A stretch of 64,000 nucleotides of DNA, taken from Candidatus Woesearchaeota archaeon. GTDB taxonomy: Archaea; Nanobdellota; Nanobdellia; Woesearchaeales; JACPBO01. The DNA lies in assembly GCA_030651135.1 (NCBI GenBank), contig JAUSCS010000006.1, forward strand, positions 522,160 through 586,159, given 5' to 3'. The stretch's first letter is position 1, and each line of letters begins with the position of its first letter. Below the pieces are notes generated by a model. It was not told where the DNA came from. It ran no database searches and worked only from the letters and a program-made list of their open reading frames with translations. Below, one piece after another: positions 46,312 through 56,237 of this stretch. Both the position numbers and the translations under genes were made by a program.

Positions 46312-47161
46312 ATTTGATGTTTTGTTCCTGATTTCTTGAAAACTCTTCTACTAGCTTTAGTATGGTGTAGCTTACAATTTCTGAAGGGTTATCTAAAAGT
46401 CTTAGTTTAAAATTTGCAACCATCCCTATGGAGTTAGCGAAAGTATTGGAAAAGTAAGTATATCCTTTAAGGAAATATCCATCAAAATTATTAATGATAT
46501 TTTTAATGTTGTCAGCAGAGTCAAAAAACAGCTCTTTTTCCATAATTGTGGGGTGATGCACACAATGGACGGTTCTAACAGCATTCACAAACTTTGCCCT
46601 AAGCCTTGATCTTTCATGGCCAAACTTCATAGGTTTAACAAAAAAGGCATTGCCCAAGTCAAAAGCCAAATCATTACATCTAGACCCCTTAATATGCACA
46701 TATTCTTCATAGTTGCAAAATACTCTATTAAGAACAATCAATGGCCCTATTGGCCCTCCTTCAGAATATTTGAATGTCCTGTTAGTTTTGTCAATCTCGT
46801 ATCTGTTGATAGTTTCTTCATACGATAAAGTGCTATAGACATTTTTGAAATCTTTAGATAAAAACAAAGCATTACCGGTACCAACGATGCCTTCAACTTC
46901 ACCAAATTGAGAGAATGCCTCTAAAATGTTTATTGAACCGACGCCCAGGGTCAGATATACTCTGCGCTTATACAAAAATCCTGCACCTTGCATAAGTGTG
47001 CAGTTGTCACGCTCGCTGCTTTTGTAAAGCAGTTTCCGCTGTGCATCTTTATGCCCCATTAATTTCATATCTGTAAGGTCTTGTTCGTGTAGAGGGCATT
47101 TTGTCAATCTGGATCTCCAAGCATACTGGTCATAAGATGCATCAATAATGCAGTTTATCAT
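46304..47161 (-). CDS. hypothetical protein
   Basis: 285 aa with conserved-looking Cys/His (HCVHHP, GSRCND) but no confidently recognised family. Confidence 0.45.
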   Translation of the reverse strand: MINCIIDASYDQYAWRSRLTKCPLHEQDLTDMKLMGHKDAQRKLLYKSSERDNCTLMQGAGFLYKRRVYLTLGVGSINILEAFSQFGEVEGIVGTGNALFLSKDFKNVYSTLSYEETINRYEIDKTNRTFKYSEGGPIGPLIVLNRVFCNYEEYVHIKGSRCNDLAFDLGNAFFVKPMKFGHERSRLRAKFVNAVRTVHCVHHPTIMEKELFFDSADNIKNIINNFDGYFLKGYTYFSNTFANSIGMVANFKLRLLDNPSEIVSYTILKLVEEFSRNQEQNIKFT

Positions 47162-47249
47162 AATGGAATGATAACATGTATGTATTTTAATTTATGTTGT
47201 ACCATCATAGTACAACTATAGTAAACTTTAAAAACTCCAACATATTTCA

Positions 47250-47984
47250 ATGCCCATGTTTGATGGCAATATTTTAAAAAGTGCAGGACTTACCGAGAAT
47301 GAAACCGAGGTTTATGTCATATTATTGCAGTTAAACGAATGTTTGGCTTCAGATATTGCCAGACGTACAAAAATATCCAGACCCCACGTTTATGATGCGC
47401 TAAATAAATTACTGCATAAGGGTTTGGCATCTTATGTATTGAAGAATGGTAGCAGATACTTTATGCCTACAGATCCCAATAAACTTCTAGAACATCTTAA
47501 GGACCAAGAAAAAATTCTTCAACAAAAATACCTATCTATACAATCCATAATGCCGCAACTCAAATCACTGCGCCAACCTTTGGCGAATAAGCCGCTAGTT
47601 GAAGTCTTGGAAGGTAGTGAGGGCATTAAGACTATACTCAATGATATAATCAAGACTGGAAAAGAGATGTTGGCTTTTAATACTCTAGGCGAGGAATTTA
47701 AGAAGTATGTTCCAGAACACTTCCTTAAACGGTATTTTATTGAACGTGAAAAATATCATATTAGATCTAGGCAATTCTATGTCGAGGGTGCCCAAATATA
47801 TCGGCATACCATGGTTACTTACAAAAAATTGCAACAATCCTTTAATCCAGTAGCATTATTTGTTTATGGCAATAAGGTTGTAATGTTTGTACTGACAGAT
47901 ACGCCATTAACTATAAGAATAGAAAGCAAGGATGTTGCCAAACTGTATAAAGAACAATTTGAAAAGATGTGGAAAGAACTCTGA
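47250..47984 (+). CDS. TrmB-family transcriptional regulator
   Basis: LTENETEVYVILLQLNECLASDIARRTKISRPHVYDALNKLLHKGLA. Confidence 0.7.
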   Translation: MPMFDGNILKSAGLTENETEVYVILLQLNECLASDIARRTKISRPHVYDALNKLLHKGLASYVLKNGSRYFMPTDPNKLLEHLKDQEKILQQKYLSIQSIMPQLKSLRQPLANKPLVEVLEGSEGIKTILNDIIKTGKEMLAFNTLGEEFKKYVPEHFLKRYFIEREKYHIRSRQFYVEGAQIYRHTMVTYKKLQQSFNPVALFVYGNKVVMFVLTDTPLTIRIESKDVAKLYKEQFEKMWKEL

Positions 47985-48024
47985 TTGCTTTTTTAATTAA
48001 AAAAGAAAAAATAAAATAATAAAC

Positions 48025-48177
48025 TTATGCCTTTCCTAGAATCCTGCACACTGTTGTTGTGCATTTAGGGCATTTGCCTTTCAGGATCTTCTTTTTATTC
48101 GAAGTAACAGACTCTTTTCCGCCTTGTATATCCACTTTCTTTTTGCACTTCACGCAATATCCTTGAATTCCAGCCAT
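48025..48177 (-). CDS. small zinc-ribbon protein (50 aa)
   Basis: Manual reverse translation: MAGIQGYCVKCKKKVDIQGGKESVTSNKKKILKGKCPKCTTTVCRILGKA (CxxC...CxxC). Below the ORF-track size cutoff. Confidence 0.45.
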   Translation of the reverse strand: MAGIQGYCVKCKKKVDIQGGKESVTSNKKKILKGKCPKCTTTVCRILGKA

Positions 48178-48372
48178 TTTATTCACCTCAATATTTAGAT
48201 TTTAAAGCCAATATACAGCTTAGCAACTTAAAAATACCCATTATTTATAAATCTTTGGGAAAGTAAAGTATAAAGTGGCATTTTTCATGCAGTATTATGG
48301 TACTTTGTAACATCACCTTGCAAAAAAATAAATCTTTATATATTAGTGGATAATTAGAAGCCTTGGGGGAAA

Positions 48373-49002
48373 ATGGAAAGCGATAAGGAAGTTATTATAA
48401 CTCTTGAAACTCTGTTCGATCTTCTCAGAAGGGAAAAGGAAAGAGAGGACTTGCAGAAGTTGGACGATTCTTTCTTCGGAGACGTTGTGAATTATCTGAA
48501 GGATAAAAGGCAGATAATGCTTAAAGCAGAAAGCGAACTGTTTGCTGAAGAGGAAAAAGAGAAGACAACCAAGCAGCTTGCAAACTTAAGCAAGATATTA
48601 AGAGAGTTCTATGAGAGAAGGGAGAAGAAGATAATAAGCATGGCATTGGCCAAATCAAGGATTAAATCCAGCCTGATAGACGCTTCAGCGTTTTTGGATG
48701 AAGAAAAGATGCTTTTCGACCAGCTTTTGCTTGTCTTTGACAATTTCAGGGATAAAGTGCTCTTTAGCGTTCTTAATGAAAAACTGCCTTTGTTTGAGCA
48801 TGCCAAAGAAGAACCTGAAAAAAAAGAAATTCAGGCTAAAGAAACAAAAACAATAAGGTTCCTAAGCTCTGTGCCGAAGTTTGTTGGAAAAGAGCTTGAA
48901 GTTTACGGCCCCTTTGAAGAGGAGAATATTGCAAACCTTCCTTCAGAAATTGCAGATCTTCTTATAAGCAAGGGGAGGGCTGAAGAGATTGAAGGAGAAT
49001 GA
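48373..49002 (+). CDS. GINS-like DNA replication protein (Gins51-like), tentative
   Basis: N-terminal helical TLETLFDLLRREKE...DDSFFGDVVNYLK resembles the GINS A-domain. Small C-terminal B-domain. Confidence 0.4.
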   Translation: MESDKEVIITLETLFDLLRREKEREDLQKLDDSFFGDVVNYLKDKRQIMLKAESELFAEEEKEKTTKQLANLSKILREFYERREKKIISMALAKSRIKSSLIDASAFLDEEKMLFDQLLLVFDNFRDKVLFSVLNEKLPLFEHAKEEPEKKEIQAKETKTIRFLSSVPKFVGKELEVYGPFEEENIANLPSEIADLLISKGRAEEIEGE

Positions 49003-50663
49003 AAAGAAAAGACATTCCTGTTTTGATGTACCACGAAATAGCGCCTGTTATAAAGAACAAGTGGACAATCTCGCCATCAATGTTCAGGGAGCAGATCAAC
49101 TATCTTGTCAAAAACAAATTTCAGGCAATAACCCCTGACGATATTTACGAATTTCTTGTAAACAACAAAAACCTTCCTGAAAAGCCAATAATGCTGACTT
49201 TCGATGACGGAAGGGAAGGCACAAAAAAATATGCAGCTCCATTGCTTGAAGAAAACAACTTTAATGCGGTTTTTTACATCACCTCAGACTGGGCAGATGG
49301 AAAGAACATTCCGGAGAGCGAAGCATATTCTGCTTTTATGAGCTGGAATGATATACAAGAGCTGTCTGAAAAAGGTTTTGTTATTGGCTGCCATGGAAAA
49401 ACCCATAACGATCTGACAAAATCAGATGAAAACAGCTTAAATGATGAAATAAAAAATTCAAAAAATATCATCGAAGAAAAAATAAACAAAAAAGTTGAAG
49501 ATTTTTCTTATCCCTATGGCCTTTTCAATGAGAATGTTGTTAAAAAAGTAGAAGAATCAGGCTATAAGACTGCTGTTACAATAAGAAGCACACTGAACAA
49601 TAAATTTCTGCCGCCATTAGAGCTATCCAGAAGATGGGTAACAAATGATGTTTTTCTTGGAAAATTCATAAAATTGCTGGCAACCCCTACTTTAAGCGCC
49701 TGCATGATTGTAAAAAATGAAGAAAACGTTATTAAAAGATGCCTGGACAGCATCAAAGATATTGCTGACGAAATAATCGTTGTTGATACAGGCTCAGAAG
49801 ATAAAACAATTGAGATTGCAGAAAGTTTTGGCGCAAAAATAATAAAGCACGAGTGGAAAAATGATTTCAGCGAAGCAAGGAATGCTTATCTGCAGAGTGC
49901 AGCATCAGACTGGATATTGACAATAGATGCCGATGAGGTTATTGACAGGAAAGATCTGCTGAACATAAAAAGAATAATGGAATTCGAGGATTTTGATGCC
50001 TTCAGGCTCATGTTATTTAATTATTCCAATAATGAAAACGATGTCGGCTGGGTGAAATTAAGCGAAAAAAGAGAAGGCTATTCAGGATATCTGCCAATAG
50101 AGCTTGCAAGATTGTTCAGGAATAATAAAAAATACAGATATGAAGGGGCAGTCCATGAAGCAATTGAAAATTCCATTATGAAGAATAAAGGCAGAATATC
50201 GAGCATAGACATCCCAATACACCATTTTGGGGGCTTTGATGAAACACTGAAAGAAAAGCAGTTGAAATATCTGGAATATTCTAAAAAAAGGCTGGAAAAA
50301 AACCCAAAAGATGTAAAGGCATGCTGCGACATTGCGCTGATAAATTTTAAATTCTTAAACAACACTGAAGAAGCAATAAAGAGTTTAAGCAGGGCAGTAG
50401 AAGCTGATAAAAAGTACATAAGATCCTACATCATCCTTGGCGAAATCTATGTTCATCTGAAAAAATACGAAGACGCAATTTCGTGCTATGAAAAAATCAT
50501 CAAAATTGACAATAAAAACAGCGATGCTTATTTCAATTTGGGGCAGGTTTATTTTGAATTAAAAAAATACAAAGAATCTGGTGAATTCTACAAGAAAGCC
50601 CTGGAATTCGGATGCATTCATTCAGAAGAGATATATCGCAGGCTAAAAGCCATCAGCGCTTAA
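48999..50663 (+). CDS. multidomain polysaccharide deacetylase / family-2 glycosyltransferase / TPR protein
   Basis: LTFDDGREG (NodB deacetylase), MIVKNEENVIKRCLDSIKDIADEIIVVDTGSEDKT (GT2), C-terminal TPR-like repeats. Confidence 0.75.
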   Translation: MKRKDIPVLMYHEIAPVIKNKWTISPSMFREQINYLVKNKFQAITPDDIYEFLVNNKNLPEKPIMLTFDDGREGTKKYAAPLLEENNFNAVFYITSDWADGKNIPESEAYSAFMSWNDIQELSEKGFVIGCHGKTHNDLTKSDENSLNDEIKNSKNIIEEKINKKVEDFSYPYGLFNENVVKKVEESGYKTAVTIRSTLNNKFLPPLELSRRWVTNDVFLGKFIKLLATPTLSACMIVKNEENVIKRCLDSIKDIADEIIVVDTGSEDKTIEIAESFGAKIIKHEWKNDFSEARNAYLQSAASDWILTIDADEVIDRKDLLNIKRIMEFEDFDAFRLMLFNYSNNENDVGWVKLSEKREGYSGYLPIELARLFRNNKKYRYEGAVHEAIENSIMKNKGRISSIDIPIHHFGGFDETLKEKQLKYLEYSKKRLEKNPKDVKACCDIALINFKFLNNTEEAIKSLSRAVEADKKYIRSYIILGEIYVHLKKYEDAISCYEKIIKIDNKNSDAYFNLGQVYFELKKYKESGEFYKKALEFGCIHSEEIYRRLKAISA

Positions 50664-50704
50664 ACAACAAAAGGTTTTTAAATAGTCCGCAATTTCTTTG
50701 AAGC

Positions 50705-51016
50705 ATGAAGCTGCCAAAAACAACAAAGCGCTACTGCCCTTATTGCAAAAAGCATACAGAGCATGCTATAATCTTCGGCAAGAAGAGAAGCCCGTCTTCA
50801 ATGTCCTATGGTTCTAAGTACAGAGCCAGAAAAAGAGGCCAGGCAAGAGGCCATGGCAATCTTGGCCGTTATTCAAAGCCCGCTGTCACAAAATTCAAGA
50901 TGACAGGCAAGAAGCAGACAAAGAAGACTGATCTGAGATACGAATGCAAGGTCTGCAAGAAGCAGCATGTCCAGAAGAAGGGAATAAGGGCCAAAAAAGT
51001 GGAATTCAAGCAATAA
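50705..51016 (+). CDS. rpl44e: 50S ribosomal protein L44e
   Basis: KRYCPYCKKHTEH...CKVCKK zinc-binding L44e pattern. Confidence 0.85.
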   Translation: MKLPKTTKRYCPYCKKHTEHAIIFGKKRSPSSMSYGSKYRARKRGQARGHGNLGRYSKPAVTKFKMTGKKQTKKTDLRYECKVCKKQHVQKKGIRAKKVEFKQ

Positions 51017-51077
51017 GTTCGAAAACTATATAAATAGCTCTCTTTTTTCTCTTTTCAATATCGAGGGGGTTTTAAAC

Positions 51078-51260
51078 ATGAAACTAAAAGAGCCAACAAG
51101 CAAATTCATAAAAATAAGATGCGCCAAATGCAAGAATGAGCAGATATGCTTTGGAAAGGCAACTTCTGTTGTCAACTGCCTTGTCTGCGGTAAGCCATTG
51201 ATAGAGCCGACTGGAGGCAAGACGCGTGTAAAAGGCCGCGTTCTAGAGGTGCTGGAGTAA
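51078..51260 (+). CDS. rps27e: 30S ribosomal protein S27e
   Basis: C4 zinc finger CAKCKNEQ...CLVCGK, ~60 aa. Confidence 0.85.
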   Translation: MKLKEPTSKFIKIRCAKCKNEQICFGKATSVVNCLVCGKPLIEPTGGKTRVKGRVLEVLE

Positions 51261-52033
51261 TGTTTTTCAAAAAAACAGGTTTTCCCGAAGAGGATGAACT
51301 CGTTTTATGCACTGTAACTGACATCCAATATCATTCTGTTTTCTGCGGCCTTGATGAATATGGAAGAATGGGCATGATTCATATTTCAGAAGTTGCTCCT
51401 GGAAGAATAAGGAACATCTACGATTTTGTAAAGAAGGACAAAAAAGTTGTCTGCAAAGTACTGAGAATTGACTCAGAAAAAGGCCATATTGACCTTTCTT
51501 TAAGAAGAGTCACAGAAACTCAAAAGAAAAACAAGCTGGACCAGGTCAAAAAAGAGCAGCTGGCTGAAAAGATAATCGAGCAGGCTGCAAAAGAGCTGAG
51601 CATCGATGTTACAAAATTATATGATTCAATTGCAGGCATTATTCTTAAAAAATATTCCCGTATCTATGCCTGCTTTTATGACATTGTTGAAGGCAAAACA
51701 AGCTTGGAATTATTGGGCATTGAGAAAAAAACTGCAAAGAGCTTGGAAGAGCTTGTAAAATCAAGAATAAAAAAACAGCAGGTTGCAATAAACGGAGAGC
51801 TTATGCTGAAAAGCTACCAGCCGAATGGGATCGAAATAGTAAAAGATGCCTTAAAAAATGCAAAGATATCTGACAAGCTCACAATAAGATACAAGGGAGG
51901 CGGCAAATATGTTGTTGATGTAAATGCCGATGATTACAAGGAAGCTGAGAACCTGCTTAACACGGCAATGGATAATGCTACATCATTTATCAAGAAAAAG
52001 AATGGCGAAGGTGCATTCGTCAGAATAAAATGA
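51260..52033 (+). CDS. eif2a: translation initiation factor 2 alpha subunit
   Basis: N-terminal S1 domain. Conserved L44e–S27e–aIF2alpha order. Confidence 0.85.
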   Translation: MFFKKTGFPEEDELVLCTVTDIQYHSVFCGLDEYGRMGMIHISEVAPGRIRNIYDFVKKDKKVVCKVLRIDSEKGHIDLSLRRVTETQKKNKLDQVKKEQLAEKIIEQAAKELSIDVTKLYDSIAGIILKKYSRIYACFYDIVEGKTSLELLGIEKKTAKSLEELVKSRIKKQQVAINGELMLKSYQPNGIEIVKDALKNAKISDKLTIRYKGGGKYVVDVNADDYKEAENLLNTAMDNATSFIKKKNGEGAFVRIK

Positions 52034-52206
52034 GTGCGCATATTTTGAAATGCATTGGATGCGGAAAATATACATTAAAAGAAGTTTGCGATTGCGGCGG
52101 CAAGGCAGTAAGCGCAAGGCCGCCAAAATATTCTCCTGAAGACAAGTATGGGGAATACAGGCGAAAGGCAAAAAAAGAAGAGTTTGAGAAAAAGGGGCTG
52201 GTATGA
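52030..52206 (+). CDS. nop10: H/ACA ribonucleoprotein component Nop10
   Basis: Manual translation: MSAHILKCIGCGKYTLKEVCDCGGKAVSARPPKYSPEDKYGEYRRKAKK... ATGA overlap with the aIF2alpha stop. Below the ORF-track cutoff. Confidence 0.7.
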   Translation: MSAHILKCIGCGKYTLKEVCDCGGKAVSARPPKYSPEDKYGEYRRKAKKEEFEKKGLV

Positions 52207-52997
52207 TGTGGGAGATTAAAAAGGTTGCAGCAATTCCGAAGCTCAACAATCCTATTCTGATAGAAGGCATGCCCGGCATCGGCAATGTCGGAAAAATAGC
52301 AGAGGATTTTCTGATAGATGACCTCAAGGCAAAAAAAGCCTACGATTTCTTCTCTTATGATTTTCCCCATTCTGTTTTTGTGAATGAAGACAATCTTGTC
52401 GAGCTGCCCAAAATAGGCATGTATTATAAAAAGTTCAATGATAAAAGGAACGATCTTCTGCTTCTGGGAGGCGATATACAGCCTGTCAACGAAGGGGCAT
52501 GTTTTGAGTTCTGCGACAAAGTGCTTGACATAATTGAAAAGAACAATGTAAAGGAAATAATAACTCTTGGCGGGATTGGCCTGCAGTCTGCCCCTAAAAA
52601 ATCAAAAGTTTATTGCACTGGCAATTCAAAGGAAATAATAAAGAAATACAAAGAAGGCGTTGATGTCGAAGACAAGATTTACGGCACTGTCGGCCCGATA
52701 ATCGGCGTATCAGGCGTTTTGCTTGGCATGGCTAAAAGAAGAAACATAAATGCTGTTACTTTCCTTGCTGAAACATTTGGCCATCCAATGCATATAGGCA
52801 TCAAAGAAAGCCAGGAGATATTGAAAGTCCTTGATAAAAAACTGAAACTCGGCCTTAATTTGAAAAAGCTTGAAAAAGACATAAATAACCTTGAAAAAGA
52901 GATGATTCAGAAGACAAAAAATTTAAGCGAAGCTATAAAGCAGACAAGCTTAAAGGGGATGAAAAGCAAGTTCAAGGACACTAATTATATCGGATAA
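52203..52997 (+). CDS. PAC2-family (proteasome assembly chaperone-like) protein
   Basis: IEGMPGIGNVG motif. Conserved position after Nop10 in archaea. Confidence 0.65.
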   Translation: MMWEIKKVAAIPKLNNPILIEGMPGIGNVGKIAEDFLIDDLKAKKAYDFFSYDFPHSVFVNEDNLVELPKIGMYYKKFNDKRNDLLLLGGDIQPVNEGACFEFCDKVLDIIEKNNVKEIITLGGIGLQSAPKKSKVYCTGNSKEIIKKYKEGVDVEDKIYGTVGPIIGVSGVLLGMAKRRNINAVTFLAETFGHPMHIGIKESQEILKVLDKKLKLGLNLKKLEKDINNLEKEMIQKTKNLSEAIKQTSLKGMKSKFKDTNYIG

Positions 52998-53022
52998 TTA
53001 AATTTCATAAAAAGGTGATAAT

Positions 53023-54384
53023 ATGGCGAATGAAATTAAGGCAATAAAGGCAAGAGAAATACTAAGTTCTGGCTCAACTCCATCAATTGAAGTTAAATGC
53101 GAATTGGAATCAGGCGCTGTTGGCATAGCTTCTGTCCCTTACGGTGCTTCTGCTGGAATTCATGAGGCTTTTGTTCTTTTAGACGGGGACAAGAAAAGAT
53201 ATGATGGAAAAGGGATGCTCAAGGCTGTTGAAAATGTAAATGTAAAAATAGCATCTGTACTAAAAGGCAAAGATGCTTCAAATCAGCTTGAAATAGACAA
53301 GACAATGATTAAATTAGACGGCAGCGAGAATAAGAAAAATCTGGGAGCTAATGCAATACTTGGTGTGAGTGTGGCTGTAGCAAGGGCAATGGCTAATGAA
53401 AAAAAAGTGCCTCTTTATAAATATATAAGAGAAGCGTTTAAGCTGGATATAAAAGATTGGAGACTGCCAAATCCTATGATGGTGGTTATTGAAGGCGGAA
53501 AGCATGCAGATAAATCAACCGACTTCCAGGAGTATATGGTTTCTCCAATAGGCGGCCGGTCTGTGAAAGAGAATGTAAGAGCCGGGATTGAAGTTTATTT
53601 GCAGTTAAAAAAAGTTTTCAAGGAAATCGGGCTTAACACAAATGTTGGGAATGAGGGGGCCTTTGCAACATCTTTAAATATCAAACAGCCAGATGTAACA
53701 ATAACAGGAGCATTTGCTCCAGCATCAATGGGATCTAATGAGATGCCTTTTGATCTTATCTTAAAAGCAATAAAAGACGCAGGCCACCAGGCAGGCAAGG
53801 ACGTTGCTATTTCCATAGACCCGGCCGTCTCTGAACTATTTGACAAAGAAAAAGGGAAGTATGTTCTTAATAATGAAGGCGGCAAAGAGTTTACTTCAGA
53901 AGAGCTTATCGATTATTTCTCAAGATGGATTGAAAAATACCCAATAATTACATTAGAAGATGGTTTAAGTGAAGATGATTGGGATGGCTGGGTAAAATTA
54001 ACAAAAAAATTAGGAAATAAAATATCTGTTATTGGTGATGATCTTACAGTAACCAATTCAAAAAGACTGCAAAAAGCCATTGATATGAAAGCAATGAATG
54101 CAATTTTGATAAAATTAAATCAAATAGGAACATTATCAGAGACTATTGAGTGTTGTATGCTGGCGAGAAAACATGGCTTTATGACAGTTATAAGCCATCG
54201 TGGCGGCGGTGAAACAAATGATACAGCAATGGTTGATCTGGCTGTCGCTGTTAACTCTGGCTTTATCAAGGTAGGTCCTTCTCGTGGGGAAAGAGTGGAA
54301 AAATACAACAGATTAATGGAAATAGAGGACGAATTAGGAAGCAAAGCAAAAGTGGCAGGAAAGGATTTTAGGAAGATTGTCTGA
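53023..54384 (+). CDS. eno: enolase
   Basis: N-terminal AREILSSGSTPSIEV. Active-site region ISHRGGGETNDT. Confidence 0.9.
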   Translation: MANEIKAIKAREILSSGSTPSIEVKCELESGAVGIASVPYGASAGIHEAFVLLDGDKKRYDGKGMLKAVENVNVKIASVLKGKDASNQLEIDKTMIKLDGSENKKNLGANAILGVSVAVARAMANEKKVPLYKYIREAFKLDIKDWRLPNPMMVVIEGGKHADKSTDFQEYMVSPIGGRSVKENVRAGIEVYLQLKKVFKEIGLNTNVGNEGAFATSLNIKQPDVTITGAFAPASMGSNEMPFDLILKAIKDAGHQAGKDVAISIDPAVSELFDKEKGKYVLNNEGGKEFTSEELIDYFSRWIEKYPIITLEDGLSEDDWDGWVKLTKKLGNKISVIGDDLTVTNSKRLQKAIDMKAMNAILIKLNQIGTLSETIECCMLARKHGFMTVISHRGGGETNDTAMVDLAVAVNSGFIKVGPSRGERVEKYNRLMEIEDELGSKAKVAGKDFRKIV

Positions 54385-54462
54385 TTTCTTTATTGTTTGC
54401 ACATTGAACAAAAGTTTTATATATTAAACATCTCGTAAAAGCAGGATATAGGAGGCGCATAG

Positions 54463-55125
54463 ATGAAATTGAAGATTTATATTTTTAGGCATGCTCAGAC
54501 ATACTATAATAGAAGGCATTATTTTACAGGCTGGAAGGACTCCAAATTAACCCCGTTCGGCATAAAACAAGCCAAAGCATTAGCAAAAAAATTAAAGAAT
54601 AAAGAAATAGATGTTTCTTATCGCACTCATCTTTTACGATCGAAGGACACATTGAAAGAAATATTAAAATATCACCCTGAGTGTAAAAAAATCATTGAAG
54701 ATGACCGGATGATTGAGCGCTCATATGGTGATTTAGAGGGAAAGTCGCACAAAGAGTTCATACAAACCGAAGGCGAAGATTCTTATAAAACATTGCTGCA
54801 TTGGCATAAAATAGACCATCTGCATGGGAAAGAAAGAGAAAATTTCATTCAGCAAGTGGGGGAATCTGAGTTGCACATTATACGAAGATCTTATAGTGTT
54901 TCCCCGCCGCACGGAGAGAGCATTAAGATGGTTGAAAAACGAGTTCTGCAATTTATTAAAGATCTCTTGAAAAAAATGAAAAAAGAGAAGATTAATGTTG
55001 CCATTTCTGCCCATGGTAATTCAATGAGGCCGTTCAGAAGATATTTTGAGCATCTCAGCAAGGAAGAGATGATGAAGCTGGAAAATCCGTTTGACGATTA
55101 TTTTGAGTATGCTATCAATGCTTAA
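54463..55125 (+). CDS. histidine phosphatase superfamily (phosphoglycerate mutase-like) protein
   Basis: IFRHAQT (RHG catalytic motif) and a downstream His. Confidence 0.7.
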   Translation: MKLKIYIFRHAQTYYNRRHYFTGWKDSKLTPFGIKQAKALAKKLKNKEIDVSYRTHLLRSKDTLKEILKYHPECKKIIEDDRMIERSYGDLEGKSHKEFIQTEGEDSYKTLLHWHKIDHLHGKERENFIQQVGESELHIIRRSYSVSPPHGESIKMVEKRVLQFIKDLLKKMKKEKINVAISAHGNSMRPFRRYFEHLSKEEMMKLENPFDDYFEYAINA

Positions 55126-55188
55126 ATTAAAAAAAGACCAAGGAGTGGCAGGCGAAAGTTTAATAATGCGTTAGTTTTTCTTTATGCT

Positions 55189-55869
55189 ATGCACCTTAAC
55201 GATATCAAATCAAAAATCCCCAAAGACTTATTTAGCACGCTGGAACAGTTAGACATAAAAGAACTGCGTCCCTGCCAGGAAAAATCAATAAGCAAAGGCC
55301 TTCTTGAAGGAAAGAATCTTCTGGTTTGCACGCCAACTGCATCCGGAAAAACATTGGTTGCAGAGTTGGCTGCCATAAGCTCAATAATGGAAGGCAGGGG
55401 AAAAGCCATCTACATCGTTCCTCTGAAAGCATTGGCAAATGAAAAATTCAAAGAATTTTCAAATAAATACGGCAAATTCATTAAAATCGCATTATCAATA
55501 GGCGACATTGATTCTGCAGACTCCTATCTCATTGATTATGACTTCATAATATGCACTGCTGAAAAGCTGGATTCATTGATAAGGCATCATACTCCGTGGC
55601 TTAAGTATGTCAGAACAATCATCATAGATGAAATCCATCTGATGAATGATCCGGGCAGAGGCCCGACTTTGGAGATCCTGCTCACAATCCTGAGGGAGAT
55701 TCTGAAAAATGTGCAGCTGATCGCCCTCTCCGCAACAATAGGCAACCCGGAGGAGCTTGCAGAATGGCTCAATGCAGAACTCATCATTGACAGCTGGAGG
55801 CCTGTAGAGCTGCGCAAGGGGATTTATTTAGATGGAAAAATAGAATTTAAAGAAAAAGAAGAAAAATAA
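55189..55869 (+). pseudogene. truncated Ski2/Hel308-like DExH helicase (N-terminal RecA-1 domain only)
   Basis: Walker A TPTASGKT and DEIH box, but the ORF stops after 226 aa with no helicase C-terminal domain downstream. Confidence 0.5.
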
Positions 55870-55876
55870 CTTAGTT

Positions 55877-56125
55877 CTAGCTTGCCTGCTGCAATATCTG
55901 TATTCCTGTTACTAAAGCCCAGATCCACATTGCCACCATTAACACTAAGCCAAGCCCAAAGGCAAATATCAAAGGTATTCCAATTATGTAAAGCACAAGC
56001 TGTATCACTCCTGTTTTTGTCCTTCCTGCTATTATTGTTCCCAATCCCGGCAATATTACTATGTTTAGGATCAACCCAACTATTGCCAATGTCTTATCCG
56101 GTTTTTTATCAGCCATAAATAACAC
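55877..56125 (-). CDS. TM2-domain-like small membrane protein
   Basis: 82 aa, two TM helices with Gly-rich packing. Confidence 0.45.
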   Translation of the reverse strand: MLFMADKKPDKTLAIVGLILNIVILPGLGTIIAGRTKTGVIQLVLYIIGIPLIFAFGLGLVLMVAMWIWALVTGIQILQQAS

Positions 56126-56237
56126 CTCCGTGTTGTTTTTGTATGATTTCGATGTTTCATTATATAAATCTTTCCGAAATCAAGTCTCTCAGCGAATTTT
56201 TATGATGGTGTTTCAATACCGCACCATAACATTTATA

